A stretch of 64,000 nt of DNA from Patescibacteria group bacterium. GTDB taxonomy: Bacteria; Patescibacteriota; Minisyncoccia; Phycocordibacterales; Phycocordibacteraceae. The notes under the pieces were generated by a model. It saw only the letters and a program-made list of their open reading frames with translations. It was not told the origin of the DNA and did not search any database. The translations under genes and the position numbers were made by a program. Shown piece after piece: positions 56,578 to 64,000 of the stretch (its first letter is position 1; the number at the start of each line of letters is the position of its first letter). The DNA lies in contig JAJDCJ010000008.1 in NCBI GenBank assembly GCA_029260935.1, forward strand, positions 3,905 to 67,904, given 5' to 3'.

Positions 56578-57024
56578 ATGTTAAAGATTCGTTTCCAAAG
56601 AACCGGTCGCAAAAATGACCCTGCCTACAAGATAGTAGTTACTGAACACACCAGTGCCCCTCAGGCGGGTAAAAATGTTGCCGTAGTTGGCTCATACCAT
56701 CCTAAAACAAAACACACCGTTATTGACGCAGAGGTGGTTAAAAAGTGGCTTGGTCATGGAGCACAGGCTTCGGGAACGGTCCATAATCTCCTGGTTTCAA
56801 AGGGTATTGTTGAAGGGAAAAAAGTGAATGTTCTCTCAAAGAAAACTCCAATCGTACAAGAAGAAAAAACGGAAGAGGTAGCTGAACAAAAGGAAGAAGA
56901 AGTGCCTGTAGAAGCTCCGTCTGAAGCGGAAAAACCAGCACAAGAACCAGAACCAGTCCCTGAGGCAGACACAGCAGGAGAGTCTGCAGAAACAGAGCCC
57001 GCACCGGAAAAAACTGACGCATAA
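56578..57024 (+). CDS. rpsP: 30S ribosomal protein S16 with an acidic tail
   Basis: MLKIRFQRTGRKNDPAYKIVV...GSYHP...WLGHGAQAS. Confidence 0.95.
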   Translation: MLKIRFQRTGRKNDPAYKIVVTEHTSAPQAGKNVAVVGSYHPKTKHTVIDAEVVKKWLGHGAQASGTVHNLLVSKGIVEGKKVNVLSKKTPIVQEEKTEEVAEQKEEEVPVEAPSEAEKPAQEPEPVPEADTAGESAETEPAPEKTDA

Positions 57025-57146
57025 CCCACGCCAACACTCTTGGCTTTTGTTTTATATAAACGTATTGAAAATTATTACAGTACGGTGCATACTGAAAGAG
57101 AGCCGCAACGACGGCACTCCTTAAAAAGTAAAACAGAAAGTCAGTT

Positions 57147-57473
57147 ATGAATGATCAAGAATTTTTAGAATACGTAGTAAAAGGACTAGTAGATAACCCG
57201 GATGACGTACAGGTACATCGTCAGGTAGATGAAATGGGTGTACTTCTTACATTGGATGTAAGTCCAAATGATATGGGGAAGGTAATTGGTCGCTCAGGAA
57301 ACACTGCAAAAGCAATTCGCATTCTTCTTCGTGTCGTTGGTATGAAAAATAACGCTCGCGTTAACTTGAAGATCAATGAACCCGAGGGAAGTCAAATGGG
57401 TGGCGCGGTGGATGCTCCACAGCAATCAGCATCAAGAAGCGTTGATGAAGCTCTTGAGGACCTAAAACTCTAA
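57147..57473 (+). CDS. khpA: KH-domain RNA-binding protein
   Basis: EYVVKGLVDNPDDV...DMGKVIGRSGNTAKAIR. Confidence 0.9.
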   Translation: MNDQEFLEYVVKGLVDNPDDVQVHRQVDEMGVLLTLDVSPNDMGKVIGRSGNTAKAIRILLRVVGMKNNARVNLKINEPEGSQMGGAVDAPQQSASRSVDEALEDLKL

Positions 57474-57494
57474 TCAAACAAAGAAATTCAGAAT

Positions 57495-57537
57495 TAAAAC
57501 GTCAAAACCCCCTACCTAAGGGGGTTTTGACGTTTTA
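57495..57537 (+). terminator. Long hairpin/terminator between khpA and trmD
   Basis: taaaacgtcaaaaccccct...agggggttttgacgtttta (19-bp arms). Confidence 0.65.
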
Positions 57538-57553
57538 CTGTATATACTGCATT

Positions 57554-58204
57554 ATGAACATCATGCACTTTCACGTTATAACACTCTTTCCAGAAGCGTT
57601 TGAATCCTACATCCACGCGTCAATTGTTGGACGCGCTATTCGTGATAAAAAAATAAAAATATCGTTTTATAACCCTCGCGATTTTGCAAAAAACAAACAC
57701 CGCCGTGTTGACCAAAAACCCTATGGTGGTGGCCCCGGCATGGTGATGGAGGCAGAAAGCGTGTTGCGCGCCACCGAAAAGGCAATCGGGAAAAAGAAAG
57801 ATGTTGAGGTTATTTTCTTTGATACCGGAGGCACAGAGTTTACCAACACTTCTGCACGTAAGATTGTCAAAAAAAATAAACACGTCGTGTTTATATGTGG
57901 CCATTATGAAGGTATAGATGCACGGGTACAGAAAATACTCAAAGCTAAAAAAGTTTCAATAGGAAATTACACGCTCACCGGTGGCGAACTTCCGGCGTTG
58001 GTAGTGATTGACGCAGTATCAAGACAAATAAAAGGCGTGCTTGGAAATTATGATTCACTTGAAGACGACCGCATTTCAAGCTCTGAAGTCTATACCCGAC
58101 CCGAAACACTGGTATGGAAAGGGAAGAGGCATACCGTGCCAAAAGTGCTCTTGTCTGGCAACCACGCCGAAATAGAAAAGTGGAAACAAAACAAAGCCCC
58201 CTAA
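57554..58204 (+). CDS. trmD: tRNA (guanine-N1)-methyltransferase
   Basis: ITLFPE, VDQKPYGGGPGMVM, CGHYEGID, SIGNYTLTGGE, YTRP, LLSGNH. Confidence 0.96.
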   Translation: MNIMHFHVITLFPEAFESYIHASIVGRAIRDKKIKISFYNPRDFAKNKHRRVDQKPYGGGPGMVMEAESVLRATEKAIGKKKDVEVIFFDTGGTEFTNTSARKIVKKNKHVVFICGHYEGIDARVQKILKAKKVSIGNYTLTGGELPALVVIDAVSRQIKGVLGNYDSLEDDRISSSEVYTRPETLVWKGKRHTVPKVLLSGNHAEIEKWKQNKAP

Positions 58205-58206
58205 CA

Positions 58207-58234
58207 TGTGTGTGAATCTCGAGATTCGCACACA
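58207..58234. repeat. Near-perfect palindrome (GAATCTC-GAGATTC core)
   Basis: tgtgtgtgaatctc-gagattcgcacaca. Confidence 0.6.
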
Positions 58235-58306
58235 GTGGTCCCTCTACCACCCCTTCCGGAGCGAAGCCACTATCCACAGGGTTGGGTTGACAGACCCACA
58301 AAAAGC

Positions 58307-58335
58307 TTGACGCTCAAACGTCAATAGCGTAGTAT
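58307..58335 (+). promoter_or_regulatory. Probable rpoBC promoter
   Basis: TTGACG-17 nt-TAGTAT, about 135 nt before the rpoB ATG. Confidence 0.55.
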
Positions 58336-58470
58336 GGTCCGTACACACTGTTTTGATTGAGTTTTGGCTGATACCCCGCTTTGAATACATTATTCGCTCA
58401 TACGTTAGGTAAATAATCTAAGGGACGCAAAAGCCCAGGAGAAGGGGTTGTCTGCGTTTTATATTGCATT

Positions 58471-61400
58471 ATGGGACACACCCTCAAACAAAAGCGCTTT
58501 AAACGCTATCGGGACGCTCGCGTTTCGATGCCTGACCTTGTCGGGCCGCAAGTTGCCAGTTTTAAAACTTTCCTGACTGAAGGTTTTCCAGAGCTCCTCA
58601 AGGAGTTTTCTCCGGTCACTGATTATTCAAAGAAAAAATTTGAACTTGAGTTTGTCGGGTTTGAAATAGGTGAACCGAAAGTAGACGAGTATCAGGCAAA
58701 GGAAAATAAAATGTCCTACGACGCGCCTATTAAGGCTACCGTCAAGTTGGTTAACAAGCAGTTAGGTACTAAAAAGGAACAGTCAGTCTTCCTTGCCGAT
58801 ATGCCCATGATGACCAACCACGGCACCTTTATCATAAATGGTGTTGAGCGAATTATCGTACCCCAACTGGCACGAAGTTTCGGCGTCTTTTTCACTTTAA
58901 ACGAGGTAAAAGGGAAGCCACGTTTTGGTGCAAAGATAATCCCTGCGCGTGGCGCGTGGATTGAGCTTGAGTCAGACATTGACGGGGCTATTTATGTAAA
59001 AATTGACAGAAAAAGAAAATTTCCAATCACCACACTTCTCCGTGTCCTCGGAGCAACCTTTGACCGTGACATGCTTACGTTGTTTGAGCGTATCGGGCAC
59101 GGCAAAGCAGCAATACAGGCGACTCTTGAAAAAGACCCAGCAACAACTCCTGAGGAGGCATTTATTGAAATATACAAACGTCTTCGTGATGGTGACTTGG
59201 CAACAAAAGACACCGCACGCGATTACGTGATGGGACTTCTCTCACCTGAGCGCTATGACCTTTCGCATCCTGGACGACACCGCTTTAACCAGCGTTTCTC
59301 AATGCCGATGGACGACAAGACTCTAGAGCGTCGCACACTGTCGCTTGATGATATGGTCGCCATCGTGGGCCATATTATTGAACTGAATAATACTCCAGAC
59401 GCCGAAGCTGATGACATTGACAACCTCGGTTTTCGCCGCGTACGTCAGGTAGGTGAACTGCTTGAAACTCGTGTCCGTGTTGGTCTCTCTCGCATGAAGC
59501 GAAATATCCAAGACCGCATGTCAACAATTGATGCTGAAACATCACTGCCAATGCAAATCGTAAACCCACGACCACTGGCAGCTGCTATTAAAGAATTCTT
59601 TACCGCAAACTCACTTTCGCAACTTGCAAAACAACAGAATATTCTTGAAGAACTTGAAGAGCTCCGTACTGTCTCAGCACTTGGCCCCGGTGGTCTCACC
59701 CGAGAGCGTGCTGGTTTTGAAGTGCGCGACGTGCACACCAGCCACTACGGAAGACTCTGTCCTATCCAGACACCCGAAGGTCCAAATATTGGGTTGATTT
59801 TACGTTTGAGTGCGTACGCCCGCATTAACAGCTTCGGTATTATTGAAACGCCCTATGCAAAAGTTGTAGACGGTGTCGTCACCGATGACATTGTGTACCT
59901 TAATGCATTTGAAGAAGAGGATGTACCTATCGCCCACGCCGCAATTCCCGTGAGTGAAAAAGGCACACTAAAAGACGAGCTTATTGAAGTGCGTTTTAAA
60001 GGCGAGCCAGTGCTCTTGCCGAGAAATGAAGTGAAATATATAGACATCGCCACTAACCAAATGTTTTCAATTGCAACGTCAATGATCCCGTTTGTTGAAA
60101 GTGATGACGCCAACCGAGCACTCATGGGCTCAAACATGCAGAAGCAAGCAACACCCTGCATCGTTCCTGAAGTACCTCTCGTTGCAACTGGTATTGAGGA
60201 AATTGCTGCGCGCGACACCGGACGGCTTATCTATGCCAATGAGTCAGGCGAAGTGGTCTCAGTTGATGCAAAACACATCACTGTAAAAAACACAAAAGGA
60301 AAATCTGAAAATTATACACTCCAGCCATTTACCATGACCAATGAGTTTTCTGCGTTCTACCATCGCCCCGCAGTGGCGCTCGGACAGAAAGTAAAGAAAG
60401 GAGATCTGCTTGCCGACTCATCTTCAACTGACAACGGGCAGTTAGCAATCGGGCAGAATGTACGTGTAGCGTTTATGAGTTGGGCAGGTGCCAACTTTGA
60501 AGATGCCATCATTATTTCAGAACGTCTTGTGCGTAACAGTAAGTTCTCAACCATCCACATGGACGAGTTTGAAGTTGCCGTACGTGACACCAAACTTGGC
60601 CCGGAAATGACCACTCCTGATATTCCAAACGTGTCTGAGATGCGACTCCGCAACTTAGACGAAGAGGGTGTCGTGCGCATCGGTGCTGAGGTACGACCAG
60701 GTGATATTCTTGTCGGAAAAGTTACTCCAAAAGGCGAAACACAGCTGACTCCTGAGGAACGTCTCCTCCGTTCAATTTTTGGCGACAAAGCGAAAGATGT
60801 AAAAGATACCTCGCTCCGTATGGAAGGAGGAAAACGCGGTCGTGTCGTAGGAGTAAAAGTATTCTCACGAGAGAATGGCGACTCGCTTGAGTCAGGAACT
60901 ATTAAGAAAATTTATATTACGGTAGCTCAAGTACGTAATGTCTCAGTTGGTGACAAACTTGCCGGACGCCACGGAAACAAAGGAGTTATCTCCCGCGTTC
61001 TTCCAATTGAAGATATGCCGTATACAGAAGACGGTGAGCCAATTGACGTTATTCTTACTCCACTCGGAGTGCCAAGTCGTATGAACCTCGGTCAGATTCT
61101 TGAGGTTCACTTAGGGCTTGCCGCACATACCCTTGGATACCAGGCAATTGTGCCGCCATTTGCGAGCGCTACTGAAGAGGAAATTAGGGCAGAATTAACT
61201 GAAGCAAACCTTAACCCGGACGGCACTATGGAGCTCTACGATGGTAGAACAGGAGAAAAATTTGATCAAAAAGTCACCGTTGGGTACATGTACGTATTGA
61301 AATTGCACCACATGGTGGAAGATAAGATCCACATGCGCTCTATTGGTCCGTACTCACTTATTACTCAGCAACCGCTCGGTGGTAAAGCACAAAACGGAGG

Positions 61401-61680
61401 ACAGCGTTTTGGAGAAATGGAAGTATGGGCGCTCTTGGGCTATGGCGCGGCATACACACTGCGAGAAATGCTCACTATTAAATCAGACGATATTCAAGGT
61501 CGGTCGGCTGCATTTGACGCGATAGTAAAGGGGAGAGACATTGAACACTCAAACACTCCAGCGTCGTTCAACGTGCTAGTAAATCAGTTGCGCGGACTTT
61601 GTCTGGATGTCGTTTTGGGCAAAGAAGAGGGGAGCGATGACAACTCTACATCACACATCACGCGAAAAAGTACTCGGTAG
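58471..61680 (+). CDS. rpoB: RNA polymerase beta subunit
   Basis: GTFIINGVER, TPEGPNIG, RALMGSNMQ, GDKLAGRHGNKG, GGQRFGEMEVWAL. Confidence 0.98.
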   Translation: MGHTLKQKRFKRYRDARVSMPDLVGPQVASFKTFLTEGFPELLKEFSPVTDYSKKKFELEFVGFEIGEPKVDEYQAKENKMSYDAPIKATVKLVNKQLGTKKEQSVFLADMPMMTNHGTFIINGVERIIVPQLARSFGVFFTLNEVKGKPRFGAKIIPARGAWIELESDIDGAIYVKIDRKRKFPITTLLRVLGATFDRDMLTLFERIGHGKAAIQATLEKDPATTPEEAFIEIYKRLRDGDLATKDTARDYVMGLLSPERYDLSHPGRHRFNQRFSMPMDDKTLERRTLSLDDMVAIVGHIIELNNTPDAEADDIDNLGFRRVRQVGELLETRVRVGLSRMKRNIQDRMSTIDAETSLPMQIVNPRPLAAAIKEFFTANSLSQLAKQQNILEELEELRTVSALGPGGLTRERAGFEVRDVHTSHYGRLCPIQTPEGPNIGLILRLSAYARINSFGIIETPYAKVVDGVVTDDIVYLNAFEEEDVPIAHAAIPVSEKGTLKDELIEVRFKGEPVLLPRNEVKYIDIATNQMFSIATSMIPFVESDDANRALMGSNMQKQATPCIVPEVPLVATGIEEIAARDTGRLIYANESGEVVSVDAKHITVKNTKGKSENYTLQPFTMTNEFSAFYHRPAVALGQKVKKGDLLADSSSTDNGQLAIGQNVRVAFMSWAGANFEDAIIISERLVRNSKFSTIHMDEFEVAVRDTKLGPEMTTPDIPNVSEMRLRNLDEEGVVRIGAEVRPGDILVGKVTPKGETQLTPEERLLRSIFGDKAKDVKDTSLRMEGGKRGRVVGVKVFSRENGDSLESGTIKKIYITVAQVRNVSVGDKLAGRHGNKGVISRVLPIEDMPYTEDGEPIDVILTPLGVPSRMNLGQILEVHLGLAAHTLGYQAIVPPFASATEEEIRAELTEANLNPDGTMELYDGRTGEKFDQKVTVGYMYVLKLHHMVEDKIHMRSIGPYSLITQQPLGGKAQNGGQRFGEMEVWALLGYGAAYTLREMLTIKSDDIQGRSAAFDAIVKGRDIEHSNTPASFNVLVNQLRGLCLDVVLGKEEGSDDNSTSHITRKSTR

Positions 61681-61709
61681 TTTATTACAGTAATAATTAA
61701 AAGGGATAT

Positions 61710-64000
61710 ATGGAACAAAAAAGAGGAACAACACCAAACACAGCAGACTTTGACTTCATGCTACTGAAGCTTGCGAGTCCTGAGAGTATTTTGGAGTGGT
61801 CATGGGGTGAGGTGAGAAAACCCGAAACAATAAACTACCGTACACAACGTTCAGAAAAAGACGGACTCTTTGACGAGCGTATCTTTGGTCCTGAAAAAGA
61901 CTTTGAGTGTTACTGTGGTAAATACAAAGGTATTCGCTTCCGTGGCATTTTATGTGAAAAATGTGGAGTTGAAGTAACACGCGCAATCGTACGACGTGAG
62001 CGCATGGCGCACATTGAATTGGTCAGCCCTGTTGCTCACATTTGGTTCTTGCGCAGTGTCCCTAGTCGCATCGCCATGATGCTTGGTGTTACCGCAACTG
62101 ACGCAGAAAAAGTCGTCTACTTTGCCGGGTACATTGTAACGAAAGTGAACGAAACCGAACGTGCGCGCCTCATTGGTGAGCTTGAAAGTGAATACAAATC
62201 AAAACTCAAAACAATCACGAATGAAAAAGCTCAGACTGAACTCAAAAGTCTCATGCTTGCGGCAAAAAGTGATATTGAAAGCGTACACGAAGGGAAGGTG
62301 TTGGATGAAATAGACTACCATCGTTTCTCGGTAAAATACGGGAGCTTCTTTGAAGCAGGTATCGGCGCTGAGGCAATTTATAATATCTTTAAGAAACTTA
62401 ACCTTGAGACACTTATTAAAAAACTTGAGGAACGTCTTGAGACAGCCGGAGCCGCCGAGCGTGAAAAAGTGAACAAGCGTCTTGCGCTCGCCCGATCAAT
62501 GAATACTGCAAACATTCGCCCTGAGTGGATGTTCTTGACGCGCATTCCCGTTATTCCACCGGCGTTGCGCCCTATGGTGGCCCTTGAAAGTGGACGTCAT
62601 GCAACATCGGACGTTAACGATCTCTACCGAAGAGTAATCAACCGAAACAATCGTCTCTTGAAACTACGCGACATTTTCGCCCCTGAAGTTATTTTGAGGA
62701 ACGAGAAGCGTATTTTACAGGAAGCCGTTGATGCACTTTTGGACAATTCTATTCGTCGCGGAGGAAGCGCCTACTCACCAGGAAGCGCCGCACAAAAACG
62801 TCCTCTTAAATCACTCGCCGACTACCTTAAAGGAAAGCAGGGTTACTTCCGTTCAAACCTTCTGGGTAAGCGTGTTGACTACTCTGGTCGTTCAGTGATT
62901 GTGGTTGGCCCAAGTCTTGCACTGGACCAGTGTGGACTACCAAAACACATGGCACTTGAACTCTTCCGTCCTTTTGTCCTTTCAAAACTTATTGATCGCG
63001 AACTCGCGCATAACATTCGTGGTGCAGGTCGTCTTATTGAAGAAAGCATCCCTGAAGTGTGGGCAATTCTTGAAGAGGTTATCAAAGGTCGCTACGTGTT
63101 ACTCAACCGTGCACCAACGCTTCACCGACAGGGTATCCAGGCGTTCCGCCCGGTTCTGATTGAAGGAAATGCTATTCAACTACACCCATTAGTAACACCA
63201 GCGTTCAACGCCGACTTTGACGGAGACCAGATGGCCGTTCATGTGCCACTTTCAGACGAAGCACAGCTTGAAGCAAAAACTATTATTTCAGCACACCGCA
63301 ATATCCTGAAGCCAGGTAGTGGTGACCCTGTTGTTGCAACCAGTCACGACATCGCGCTCGGTGTATATTGGATGACGCGAGAAATTGAAGGGGCACAAGG
63401 AGAAGGAAAGTACTTCCACTCACCAAACGCCGCTGGTCTTGCATACGACTTCGCAGACGTATCACTTCAGGCAAAGGTATGGATACAAGCGTCTGCTGAC
63501 TCACCACGCTACGCTGCATTTAATGGTGAGCGTTTTGAAACAACTGTTGGACGTATCCTCTTTAACTCAATTCTGCCAAAGGATTACCCGTACATTAATA
63601 AAGAAATTAAAAAAGGAACACTGGCAAAAGTCATTGACGACCTCATCAAGAAATATGGCATTGATGATATGCCGAGCATTCTTGATAAAATAAAAAACTT
63701 TGGATTTGATTTTGCTACAAAGTCAGGAATTAGCTGGAGTATTGCAGACCTCGTTATTCCTAAAGAAAAAACAAGCATTGTTGAAAAGGCCAGTGGCGAA
63801 GTACGACACATTCAAGAACAGTATCAGCAAGGACTCCTCACTAAAGAAGAAAGAACACGTCTCTCAATTGAGCTTTGGCTTAAAGCCAAAGGAGACCTTG
63901 AAGACCTTGTTATGCCGTCAATTGATCCGCTGTCGTCCGTTGCCACTATGGTCAATTCAGGAGCTCGTGGTTCAACAGGAAACCTTGTGCAGATGACCGG
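61710..64000 (+). CDS. rpoC: RNA polymerase beta' subunit, 3'-truncated by the window (absent from the ORF track)
   Basis: Hand translation from ATG 61710: MEQKRG...LKLASPE...WSWGEVRKPETINYRT...CYCGKYK; GKRVDYSGRSV; FNADFDGDQMAVH near 63205-63245. Confidence 0.97.
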   Translation, partial: MEQKRGTTPNTADFDFMLLKLASPESILEWSWGEVRKPETINYRTQRSEKDGLFDERIFGPEKDFECYCGKYKGIRFRGILCEKCGVEVTRAIVRRERMAHIELVSPVAHIWFLRSVPSRIAMMLGVTATDAEKVVYFAGYIVTKVNETERARLIGELESEYKSKLKTITNEKAQTELKSLMLAAKSDIESVHEGKVLDEIDYHRFSVKYGSFFEAGIGAEAIYNIFKKLNLETLIKKLEERLETAGAAEREKVNKRLALARSMNTANIRPEWMFLTRIPVIPPALRPMVALESGRHATSDVNDLYRRVINRNNRLLKLRDIFAPEVILRNEKRILQEAVDALLDNSIRRGGSAYSPGSAAQKRPLKSLADYLKGKQGYFRSNLLGKRVDYSGRSVIVVGPSLALDQCGLPKHMALELFRPFVLSKLIDRELAHNIRGAGRLIEESIPEVWAILEEVIKGRYVLLNRAPTLHRQGIQAFRPVLIEGNAIQLHPLVTPAFNADFDGDQMAVHVPLSDEAQLEAKTIISAHRNILKPGSGDPVVATSHDIALGVYWMTREIEGAQGEGKYFHSPNAAGLAYDFADVSLQAKVWIQASADSPRYAAFNGERFETTVGRILFNSILPKDYPYINKEIKKGTLAKVIDDLIKKYGIDDMPSILDKIKNFGFDFATKSGISWSIADLVIPKEKTSIVEKASGEVRHIQEQYQQGLLTKEERTRLSIELWLKAKGDLEDLVMPSIDPLSSVATMVNSGARGSTGNLVQMT

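Noticed and set aside
61756-63996. Short ORFs listed after rpoB
   Set aside because: They overlap rpoC, which runs off the window end and so was not reported by the ORF track.
1-64000. Alternative genetic code (TGA=Gly as in Gracilibacteria/Absconditabacteria)
   Set aside because: All conserved genes are full length under the standard code, with no in-frame TGA interruptions.

Overview
Bacterial chromosome segment (standard genetic code). Gene content and order point to a Patescibacteria/CPR (Parcubacteria-like) genome; this is inferred from rpmE-prfA-rpsB-tsf, rpmF-nusB-rnc-short smc, rpsP-khpA-trmD without rimM, a split transketolase and a compact rpoB. Bases 1-10.1 kb hold a cluster of large putative surface/fibre proteins (GNVGIGTT repeats, an S74-type chaperone, a duplicated Ig-like module, an HTH-TM-fibre fusion) plus a four-helix-bundle gene flanked by inverted heptamer tracts. 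The rest is mostly housekeeping: pentose-phosphate/gap cluster, cfa, ribosomal and translation genes, tRNA-Thr, a single-chain PheRS, gyrB with an HNH intein, a sortase with its substrate, thrS, dnaE/rnhB, smc, gdh, rnr, rpoB and partial rpoC. The most striking unexplained structure is two REP-associated (HUH/Y1) tyrosine transposases, each with its own palindrome family, plus many related palindromes whose arms are perfect but differ copy to copy. Two of these sit in frame at the same homologous junction of two surface proteins, and one lies inside the transposase gene itself. All family assignments are from motif recognition; no database search was run.
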